A stretch of 64,000 nt of DNA from Octopus bimaculoides (lineage: Eukaryota): contig NC_068997.1 of NCBI RefSeq assembly GCF_001194135.2, positions 56,184,303 to 56,248,302 on the forward strand, read 5' to 3'. Numbering within the stretch: position 1 is the first letter of the stretch; every line of letters begins with the position of its first letter. Under the pieces are notes generated by a model, which saw nothing but the letters and a program-made list of their open reading frames with translations, had not been told where the DNA came from and did not search any database. Shown here piece after piece: positions 38,281 to 50,135 of this stretch. A program made the position numbers and the translations under genes.

Positions 38281-40861
38281 TTGGTGTCATCATGATGGCC
38301 CCTGTTACATTTAGTGTCATCATGATGGTCCCTGTTACATGCTGCTCGTGTTTTAAGGGATGAGTTGTGTGATGGAGTTTTTAAAAATGACAAAATGGAT
38401 AAAAATAATGTTTAACTTAAACTTCCGTTACTATTTAGCATTTGGATTCAATGCTTAGAATTGGTTCTGAAAGTGACAAAATATTATGCAGTATTTAGCT
38501 GCATAAATGATGAATTGATAGAATGGTTCCCAATATTTGTTCAAACTCTCTTTCTTCTAGGTTCAAATCTTACCTTGTCAACTTTGTCTTTTATCATTTT
38601 GGTAGTTCAATAGAAAAGCACCCATTCAGAGTGAAGAATTAGTAGAACTACTTGAAGGTCAGGCAAGATGTCTTGTGATGTCCGTCCTGGCTAAGAGTGC
38701 TCTGATGCCAATTTCTGGTGACACTGGTGGCACTGGTGTATTAGCAGCTGAAGTCATTGGGGTATATATGTGGAGAGGCTTGCATGGACGACCAACAGTT
38801 AGTCTGCCTTGGAAATATCTTGCCCAGCCCTGCAAATACATGCATACATGTACAGTAGACCTCGTCTAATGGAACCAGATAGTTGCTTACCTTTATGCTC
38901 TGAGATCAAATCTCGCTATACTCAACTTTGACTTTCACCCTTCCGGGGTCAACAAATTAAGGTACTAGTGAAATGTGCAGTTGATATACTTTATTTGTAT
39001 CTCTGCCCCAAATTTGAGTTCATGTGACCAATGTTAAATATCAGTATTTGACTTGTGTGTGCATGTGTTTGTGTTGTGTTGTGCATGTGTGTGTGTGTGT
39101 GTGTGTGTTGACACAAAGTACAAACATAACTGGATATTTAAGAAGTTTGTTTCACTATCATGAGGCAGTATGTTCAATTATTAGTGTGTGCTACTTTCAA
39201 AAAGTAACTTCAAGACCAGTCTTGGATTGGCCCAAATCCAAAAGACAATATCTCGGAGTTAACAGAAACAGAGGGGAAACCTTTAAATGGTCAGTGGTAG
39301 CAATCTTACTGCACATAATGTGATAATAATTTTGTGAGAGATTTTGTTCTTAAAACTGAAGTCAGACCTAGTAAAGTAACCCCATGACCCCATTGCTTAT
39401 ATTCCAATCTTCACAATTTCACTCTCTAAGTGTATCTAGGACAACATTAACTAATATTTCCTTTCCTTATTAAGTTATGATTTTAGAGGTATTTTGTTGC
39501 TATTTTTAGCAAATCAAACGACCACACAAAGCCTACCATGCTGGTTCATAAACCAATATATTTATATTCAGTGATCTAAAACTCATATTATTCCATCTAA
39601 TAGCAGACTGAGACTCCAGTGATTTACTGATGTCAATATATGTTCTGTTGTTATCTCAACACTAAATCCAACTTAACAAATGAAAACAAATGCGATTTCT
39701 GTGAGACTTAAATTTACCAAACTTTATTGCTTTTATCACAAAATATGGTTCTGATGTGTGACACATAAATTCTGTTTTATTTCCTTGCTTCATCTTGTAT
39801 GTGTATGGATCCTTGCAATAAGAGTTTTGCTTCACAATTAAAATCTTCATTAACAACAACAAATTGGAGAGGATATTTTGGTCTTTTTTAAGTGATTTTG
39901 AAGTGTTTTTTCTTTTTCGTTTGATTTTGTAAACAGAATTAAATAGATTTTAATGAATTTAATGGGGAAACCAGTTTTGTTTTTCTGCGACAAGATAGGA
40001 AATAAATTCGTGTGTAAGAATTATCCTTGATTAAACTTCTTATTAATAATGGAAATCAAAATATTTCCTAAGAATTTTTCCTTAACCAATATTTATAGAG
40101 TAAGGCAGTGGTGAGCTGGTAGAATGAATGCAACATACCATCCATCTTTGCATTCTGGGTTCAACTTCTACTGAAGTCATCTTTACTTTTCCTCTTTTTT
40201 GGAGTCAATAAAACAGGTACCAGTTATACTCTGGGGTCGATGTAATCAACTTATCCCCTCCTTTGAAATTTCTGGCCTTATGCCAAAACTTGAAATCAAT
40301 GTTTGTAAAGATTAGCAAGATGGAGATTGTAGTTTGTTTATTGTTGGTGTTGCTGTTGTCTAGCTTCAGCTTATTATCCCTGATCTAACAGACCTATGAT
40401 CAAAGTTGCTCCTCCCATGACCATCCTGTATTTTTTTGAGACATAGTGTATATAAGATGACATCATTTAATGTTGCCAAATTTATTTAATGGCAGCATGG
40501 TGAGATTTTTAGAGAAATTTAACTGCTATTTCTTGCAGGTTGTGTTATCATGCAAAGAACTTCCTCGTGAGTTCAAATCTGGCTGAAGTTAATTTTATCT
40601 TTTGGTTGTTGAATAATAGTAAGGACATCTAAGTCTCAATGGAATTCCCTAAAATAGAGTTTCTAACTCAGAGGGGACCAAATAATATCTCACAGAAATA
40701 AGAACTGGACATCACTTTGACTGCTTTCATTCGTGAATGGATGTTTGAATGCTGATGTATTGGAAGGAGTGTCTCTATGTGGTCAGTCAATCTGCTAGAA
40801 AGAGCAGCCAAGTAGCAGATGTTAGAGAAGTGGTTCTCAACATTTTAAATATCCAGGCCAG

Positions 40862-41006
40862 ATTTAAAACCTAGATTTTTTTAGGGGGCTGCACCAAAAA
40901 AATGTAAAACGCATAAACACATCAGCATCAGTTGTCAAGTGATGGTGGGAGGACAGACACAGACACACAAATATATACATGCATGCATATGCATATATAT
41001 ATATAT

Positions 41007-41090
<84 letters not shown>

Positions 41091-41246
41091 GATGGGCTTT
41101 TTTCAGTTTCCATCTACCAAATCTACTCACAAGGCTTTGGTCAGCCTGAGGCTATAGTAGAAGACACTTGTCCAAGGTGCCATGCAATGGGACTGAATCC
41201 GAAACCATGTGGGAGAGAAGCAAGCTTCTTAGCACGCAGCCATGCC
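40862..41246 (-). mobile_element. SINE family A (inverted orientation)
   Basis: Reverse complement of 63434-63700; the internal (TA)n is expanded. Confidence 0.85.
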
Positions 41247-42421
41247 TGATAAATATGTTGCTGATAATGATGACATGTATGCATACCCAAATAAACAGAC
41301 GTATATATATATATATATACACACAATTCTACACACACAGGCACTCCCATATGCACTTTCACGTATTCATATAAATGTGTGTGTGTATGCATACACACAG
41401 AGGCACACTCACACACACACACACACTCACACACACACACACACACACTTATATACCTCAGCAGTTGTTGAATCAATCAGTGTTAGACACTAACGCTGCT
41501 CAGGTGAACCTAACTTATTTCTGTGGACAATATGTATTGTACCTCTGGGCAAGACACACTGAACTCTGCTTGATGCTAGTCTGTCTTGTTGACAAGCAAC
41601 TCCAATCCATATTTCATGGATGAGTGGTCAGCAGCAGAGAGGTAATCCAGCTGAAACAGGAATTGGTAATTTGCTGCAGCCGTATGCAACCAGGAATGGC
41701 AGCTGTGAAAAATTGGATGTTAATCATGGAAATGTAAACCAAACTGGAATGAGAAACCACAATGGACGTTTATAATTTGCTGTCATATCACGGCAACATT
41801 ATCAATTTATAATGGACTAATCTGATCTACTGTAAACCATTTAATCTGCATATACTTTTAATTCTTACCTATTTTGTTATATCCTCCGCAAATATTGGAC
41901 GTTTGGAAGCCACTAAATACTGAATGGAAACCTGTTCAAAATAGAACCAATCTCCACCATTCCTTCTTTCCCCTATTTCGTCAGTCCTTTTTCTTTCATC
42001 ATCATCATCATCGTCGTCGTCGTCGTCGTCTTTGTTGTTATTGTTGCTATTGTTATTGTTGTTGTTGTTATCATTTTCTAAACTCTATGTAACATAAGAA
42101 GCATTGCTGAGCCAGTAAAAGGTAGTGATGGAAGCTTATGTCTAGCGTGATAAATTATCAAACAGCGATTTTGGTCAGATTATCATACTGAAAGAATATA
42201 ATGCTTCAGCAACTTTCAATATAGCTTTGAGATGTGATCTGTGGATTAAAGATTGCAGTGAAACTTTACATTACTTTAATTCATGCATCAACAGTTAAAA
42301 CTCTGTGTGTGTGTGTGCACGTGTGTGTGTGTGTGTGTGTGTGAAAGGGAGAGAGAGAGAGAGGAAGGGTGAGAGGGAGACAGAGAGATGCAAGCATAAA
42401 TGTGTGTAAGTGACAATGTGA

Positions 42422-42453
<32 letters not shown>

Positions 42454-42805
42454 ATGCATGTGTGGGTGTGTCTTTGCGTTGGTGTTTCATTTTATTTTAT
42501 ATGTTTATCCTTTTATCTTTCATCAAATTCTCACTGAANNNNNNNNNNNNNNNNNNNNNNNNNNNNNNNNNNNNNNNNNNNNNNNNNNNNNNNNNNNNNN
42601 NNNNNNNNNNNNNNNNNNNNNNNNNNNNNNNNNNNNNNNNNNNNNNNNNNNNNNNNNNNNNNNNNNNNNNNNNNNNNNNNNNNNNNNNNNNNNNNNNNNN
42701 NNNNNNNNNNNNNNNNNNNNNNNNNNNNNNNNNNNNNNNNNNNNNNNNNNNNNNNNNNNNNNNNNNNNNNNNNNNNNNNNNNNNNNNNNNNNNNNNNNNN
42801 NNNNN

Positions 42806-42852
<47 letters not shown>

Positions 42853-44007
42853 GCCACCGTTCACCATATTGTAAGATAGTTCTAACATTTAGGAAAGGAG
42901 AGAAGGAAGGAAAGAAAGAAAGAAAGAAGCTAAATAGATAAAAGATACGTCTGTTTGAGGGAAGGACAGATGAAGGGTCGGGATAAAAATAAATGTAGAT
43001 CGTTAAAATGAAAAACATAAATAACTTTCAGGAAATAAAGAGCTACATTGCAAAAAATGTTAATGTAATAATATAACAGTAATCTTAATTAAAGCAAAAT
43101 TTATTCATAAACACTTCTGGACATTTCTTTGCACAAACAACAAAACTGCAACAAGTTTTATTTTATTTTCATTCTATTTTAATTTTTATTGTTTCATTTT
43201 TATTTTTTAATTTATTTTTTTCATTTTAATTTTTTATTATATTTTTTGTTTATCCTTTAATTAATTTTTTTTTTTAAATTTTGTTTTAGTTTTATTTTTG
43301 AGATCATCTTTGTTAGATTATAATTTTGGTGTTTGACTTACTGGCAGCAAAAGGTTGGATATATCGGTTGGAATCCTTCTTGCATGAAACTCTGCAAACA
43401 CTTTCTGCTGAGTTAACAAAATAGACATTGATCTAAATCCACACGCATGCAGAACATAAACTGCTGGGGAAGATTTTCTGTTATCACTGCTATCAAACAT
43501 CCCCACCACCACCATTGTCGCTATTACCATCCTCCCCACCACTGCCAGCAATGATACAGACCAACACTGCAACCTCCACCACCACCACCACCACCGTTTC
43601 CACTACCGCTGCTGTTATCATCAACCACTACTACAGCTGCCATCATTACCTTCATCACCAGCATCATCGACATCATCTCAATGCCACTACCATCACCACC
43701 ACCACCACCACCACCACCACCACCATCACTAGGATTTAAAAATTATCAAGTCACTGATGATGATGTTGGTAAGAAGAGAGGTTGTCATCATCATCTTCAT
43801 CATCATCATCATTGTTAGCATCACTGCCACCACAGTTGTCATCATCATTATCAACAACATCATCAAATCTGATTTTTTCTTCTTTCTTTTTTATTTTTTT
43901 TTTTTTTTGCATGCTGTCATGATTCCAGATATGACAAAAGGAACGGCAATACAGCTTCTCTCCCACTTTTCTCTCTTTCTTTTGCTCTTTCGTTGTCTAT
44001 TTCCCCA

Positions 44008-44060
<53 letters not shown>

Positions 44061-45904
44061 TCTCTCTCTTCCCCATCTCTTTCTCTCCCTTTCTCTCTCT
44101 TTGCCATAGCTACCGTTGTTCAGAGATTGACAGCTTGGAAACTAAATATCTTTTAGTTCAAATCCCATCTAAATAGGATTAACTACTCCCTACACACACA
44201 CACACACACACACATACACACACACACAAACACACACACACACACACATACGTGCACACACACACACTCTTACTCAAGCATATTGGTTCCTCACAAAACC
44301 TGTAGCAGGTTCCATTCTATGCAGGGAAGAAATCATTATTTTTTTTCTTTTAAAAAGAATAAAAAATTAAACAAATATACAAATAACTTTTTTCTCACTG
44401 AATGATGTTTAAATAATTGAAATATACAAAATGTCAAGTCACATGTCAATTTTTGTTGGTCGAATTCTGCCTTTCTGTGATGACGGTAAGAGAAAGTATT
44501 GGCTATGCTGAAAAAAGAGAAAGAAAGAAAAAAGAAAAATTATTAAGAGAAGTAAATTAGATTGATAAATAAATAAGTAGGTAAGAGTGAAAAAAATAGA
44601 TACCAAAAGGAAGTCAAATGAAACACAAGAAAATGGGCTAAGAATTGGAGGAAAGATATCAAAAATTACTGAAACCATCAGAAATAAACCCCATCATATT
44701 TGCCAGGTACTATACTTGTGTTAAATAACTGAGATACAATAGCAGTAAGGTTGAGGTGTTGGACCACTGAACGGCTATAACCACTACAACTAATTACCGC
44801 ATCCCTGAGCATTAACTTTCAGCTGTTTACAGTAAGGAGAAAGAACATGTTTCACTCAAATATTTTCAAGATCAGTTGTGAGAATAGAATGCTGGAGTTA
44901 TCCCCCTTCCTCCATAAAACTGATTTATATTTTCTTCTCATTTCAATGATTATATTAACTAATTAATGCTTATTTGCATACTTCAGTAATTATGCTAGTA
45001 ATTACTTCACTAATTATAAAGTCAATGTGATTTCACAAGTGGAATGTTCATCATTGAAAGTGATGCCAAATCCATTCTATAGAAGAGTCTGTTATTTTCG
45101 AGACAAGACAGGCTGGAATCACAGAAGCAGCTGAGCTTCTCTTACACCACACAAGTATTTTGGCCCCATCCTTTGAAACATGGAGAAACTGCTCCTACAA
45201 CATAGAAATATCTTGGTGCTGCAAAATCCCAAATAATAAACAAATACATCAGTTCTTTTGTTGCTTTCCATGTTTAGTCAATCAACCTGCCAAAAATAGC
45301 AGCTATATCCACCTCATATCAAATCCTACTATTTTCCGAAAAACGTAGGACATACTGAATATGGTCATTGGTAAAGAAAACCGATGAGATGGTCAAAACT
45401 GGAAGTATTTTTGATTGGAGCTGACCTATGGATGCATAATAACCGTGAGTGCTATGTTTTCTCCCTTTATGCTAAATATTTGCAGTATGGTGTAGAGTTT
45501 CACTGTGACGTATGCTTTGTAATGTTTTATCAAATCCTGGCAGCATCTGTGATGGGATGATAATCTGTTAATCCGTAAGAAAAGAGGCCTTACAAGGCTT
45601 TGATTCACTTGTTCTTCTTAGCTTCATAGGATTATCTGTGAATGTATTTTGAGATGATTCAAAATTGAAAGCCATATCTTCTTTTAATGTTCATACACAT
45701 TGCTGACTAATGAATAAAGTTCATTGGTTGATTACGTATTTCAGATTTTTTGACTCAATGAGAAAATCAATCATCAGATAAAGATTTTCAATAGATTGCA
45801 TTATAATACGAAATAAGTGAAAAAAAAATTAAATCTACCCTCATCAGCATTATCTTCATCTTTTCTATTATTATTATTATTATTATTGTTGTTGTTGTTA
45901 AAGT

Positions 45905-46115
45905 GCTGAACTAGCAGAATTATTTGCACCTTACACAAAAGACATAGTGGCATTCCTTCTGGCCCTTTATATTCTGGGCTCAAATCCTGCTGAGGTCAAC
46001 TTTGCCCTTCATTTTTTCAGGGTCAATAAAATAGAGCACTGGTCAAGTGCTGGGGTTGATGGAATCAACTTTGTCTCTGCCTTGAAAATTGCTGGCCTAG
46101 TGCCACCAAAATTAG
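45905..46115 (+). mobile_element. SINE family B
   Basis: CTGGGCTCAAATCCTGCTGAGGTCAACTTTGCCCTTCAT...GGGGTTGATGGAATCAACT. Similar copies at 38880-39020, 40105-40300 and 58115-58305. Confidence 0.75.
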
Positions 46116-47461
46116 AAAGATTGATGTTGTTGTTGTTGTTATCATCATTATTACTGTGCTGGTTTGGTTCACAACTGATTTTCTCCATACTGGGAACTAC
46201 ACTACTTATGTTCCAGAGATGGTTTTAGACTCTTAAACTTTTTCGCATAATGCGTAATGGGGCCACTGGGGGCAGAAAACCCACATTCCTGGGGTATGTA
46301 TGGTTCAGGCTTTGCTTCTGTTCACAGTGGAAAAAACAGCTACTGAAATGATAGAAGTAGGTTGTATTAAATGGATGAACTGATGTAGAGTTCAAACTGC
46401 ATTGTCTAAGTGGTAGCAATGATAGCCTGTTCCTGTAGTACCATAAGTAGCAATTTGTTGGAATAAAAACCGTTTGGAACGCATTACGTTTATTATGAAA
46501 AATAAGCTAAAATATGTTAAATCCTGAGTTGATTTTTCTTTCATAAACACAGGCCTGGAATCTTTCAAACAGAAGCATGACAAGACACTTAGTCGAACTA
46601 ACCCTTCATTTACACCACAAATGTTTTGTCACCAATGCTGCAATTCCCTGTATCACATGTTTCAACATAACTGCACCATATATACAAACTATGACATCTA
46701 AATCCCAAGCAACGCTGGGTATGTCTGCTAGTTATTATTATTATTATTATTATTATTTCAAACTGATTTTGTTTTAATAACTTCTTTTTTACATTATAGC
46801 GTAGTCTTTTCTGCTATGTTTGTTTTACAATTAAATAATCAAAGAAGCACATCTTGTAATCTCCAAGAGTTTATAATATTTAACACCATGAAGATATTTT
46901 GAAGCATGGATTAAAACTAAACATGATGCAGAAGACATCTCTTTTTGTGATAAATGGAACTGGTGACATTTTCTCACTTTTGTTTTGCCAAATGAACTCA
47001 AGATAAATCAAAAACATGCAGCTGATAATTTTTGTTGTTATATTGTATTTACATATCATATGATATCAATATTATACAATCAACCTCCATTTGCATACAT
47101 TCCTATATACATGTGTATGTACATATATNNNNNNNNNNNNNNNNNNNNNNNNNNNNNNNNNNNNNNNNNNNNNNNNNNNNNNNNNNNNNNNNNNNNNNNN
47201 NNNNNNNNNNNNNNNNNNNNNNNNNNNNNNNNNNNNNNNNNNNNGTACAAACACACACGTGTGTGTGTGTATCTGTATGTATGATGTATTTGTGTGTGTG
47301 TGTATTTTGAAATAAATATTGAAATAGCGTTGTTGATATTCTTTATTGAAAAATTCTTATAGACATCTCGATATTTTATTGAGAATAAAAATATATATCA
47401 AACTCAACTATTTTTCACCTTCATTTTCTACAGCTTTCCATTCAATCACCCAAATCCACAT

Positions 47462-47530
<69 letters not shown>

Positions 47531-47811
47531 CATTCATACACACACATGCACACTTTCATACACACACACATATAATATATATAAATATGTATATACATAC
47601 ACTTACATACACATACACATAATATATGTATATACATACATACATACATAATACATACACACACATACACAGACACATAGCAAACAGCTTTTATTTTTAA
47701 AATATTGTATTGCAAGCACGACTATGTTCTAATTTGATCTTTATTCTGAATGTTTTCCTGTTGCTGTGTATATTACATTTGAGACAATAAACTTATTAAA
47801 TTGATTACTAT

Positions 47812-47852
47812 CATCAACGTTTCCAGGCTCTCTCAGCCTCATCTTCAGGATG
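47812..47852 (-). ncRNA. Minimal type I hammerhead motif (near-intact, third family)
   Basis: CATC CTGAAGA TG AGGCT GAGAG AGCCT G GAAA CGT T GATG: perfect 4-bp stem I, 5-bp stem II, palindromic ACGT, GUU triplet. Only the pair closing stem II is mismatched (G/G). Confidence 0.72.
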
Positions 47853-47914
47853 TGATGTTACTTTGGCTTCTGAGCTGCCCTTTCTGTTCTTACTGCCACA
47901 GGGGTGGTGAGAAT

Positions 47915-48147
47915 ATTCGTTTTTCTTTTTTTTTAACTTGTTTCAGTCATTTGACAGTGACCATGCTGGAGCACCACCTTTTACTTGAATAAATCGGCCC
48001 CAGGACTTATTCATTGTAAGCCTAGTATTTATTCAATCATTACCCTTTTGCTGAACCGCTAAGTTATGGGGATATAAACACACCAACATCAGTTGTCAAG
48101 CGATGATGGGGGGACAAACACACACACACATATACATACATATATCT

Positions 48148-48178
<31 letters not shown>

Positions 48179-48262
48179 CACACATGGTGGGTTTCTGTAA
48201 TAGCAGAGACTTGCCCATGCAGTGAGACTGAACCTGGAACCATTTTGTTGGAAAGCAAACTA
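47915..48262 (-). mobile_element. SINE family A (inverted, internally deleted)
   Basis: TTGTTTCAGTCATTTGAC...CCATGCTGGAGCACC...CCCAGGACTTATTC is the reverse complement of the family A 3' end; the head remnant is at about 48210-48260. Confidence 0.8.
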
Positions 48263-49164
48263 ATGGCATATTATATAGAAGAGAAAGTCGTATCCAAAAT
48301 TTCAACAGAATAAAATATGGATGGAATATAAAACCAACCTAAAGATGAAAGGTGCCCCACTGGTGAGATGCTGCATTTTATTATTGCTAGCATGTAATAC
48401 TGATAAATGATAACATTACCTTTGCCCTTCAGATGTCTTGAAGTACCGATTTTTTATAAATTAACATTTATGCTATGCAAAAATAAATGTAGACATGCAT
48501 TCGTTGCTGCTCCCCCACAATTCTCCTTGCAGTAAATATAACAGCATTGCTATCTTTAATTTAGCAGCTCCAGTCTATGTACTTGGAGTAAGTTTCTTAA
48601 AAGCATTTGACGATAAATGCCACCAAGAATCACCAACATATCTATTTTGGCAAAAATTCTCAAAAAGATCTATATGTGTGTATTTATATATTCTGATTTT
48701 TTCTTTCTTATTTTCATTAGTTTGTTTTGGTATTTGTTTATTTATTGCCTCAGATAACCCATTTGATCTCTTCACAGAAAAATTTTAAAATAGCATCTTC
48801 CAAAATATCATGGAAAATTTGGTTTCGTCTTGAGCATAACTTGGAAGTGATGTGGACATTTCTTTCTCAATGAAAGGTCATAGCAAAAACTAAATGTTTT
48901 CTTGTAAAATGCTGGATTCTTCTTGAAGCAGTGGCTTTTATGAAATCTCCTACATGATTCCATTATTTATTGACAAAATATTTTGACAGAGCAATTTTTT
49001 TTATTGCCAATAAAATAAAAGTAAATATTTTTGTGGAAACTAAGAGAAAAAACATAGTAAAGCTGTATAGAGGAGAAGTGAGAATGGCTTCTCATGTTTT
49101 CAATGCATATTACGTATAGTTGCACCTAGAGTAGCTTCCAAGTTTATATGTTTTAATATAGTTA

Positions 49165-49266
<102 letters not shown>

Positions 49267-49342
49267 TACACCTATCAATGTGTCTATTTATCTATTGACC
49301 CATGAATTCACATGTACATATATCTTTGCAGGAATAAGTATG

Positions 49343-49402
<60 letters not shown>

Positions 49403-49589
49403 TCGATGATGTTGATGATGACGAAAGCGATGATAACAACAACAACAACAATAATAATGATAATGCTCTTAGCAAGAAATGGAAACAAAATTGAAAGAAG
49501 AAAATCTCATAATAATAATGCATAATAATAAAGTCTCTCTCTCTCTCTCTCTCTCTCCCTCTTTGTCTCTGTATCTACCTATCGAAGTG

Positions 49590-49634
<45 letters not shown>

Positions 49635-49767
49635 AGTTGAAATTTACAGAAAAACAAAAGACAAAGACAGGTGTATGAACAACAAGCATCTATATGTGTA
49701 TATATAGATATAAATATATATATACATGCACGCACATGCACACACAACACACACAATGCAGGCATAC

Positions 49768-49809
<42 letters not shown>

Positions 49810-49939
49810 TTGTCAGTATGCTGGAGTCTACCATTCATTTTTGAGAAAGAAATGTCCAATAATTCAGTCAAGGGAACTATGTGTCTTTCTGTTCATTGAA
49901 TTATATAATGTTAGGGGCTGAGTATACCACAGGGCCATG

Positions 49940-50135
49940 TGTCCTTAATTTCATTTTCAGTATTTGTTCCCCAGTTCTCAGTGTCAATATAGCATTTCTT
50001 GGAGTTGGCTTTCAGGACATCTTTGAACTTCTCTCCTGCCCTCCTCCTCTTCATTTTCCTTCTTTTAGTTGGGTGTAGAGAAGCTGCTTCAGTAGATGGT
50101 TGTTTTTCATCTGGACAACATGACCAGTCCATCTC
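49940..50135 (-). mobile_element. RTE/BovB-type LINE C-terminal relic
   Basis: WTGHVV...KQLLY...G.RGGGQ followed by FKDVLKANSKKCYIDTENW (frameshifted). This is a different RTE family from the PHD-bearing copies. Confidence 0.7.

Noticed and set aside
45725-45775. Minus-strand CTGATGA...GAAATACGTA
   Set aside because: Stem II does not close next to the core and there is no U16.1 partner or stem I. It is likely chance.
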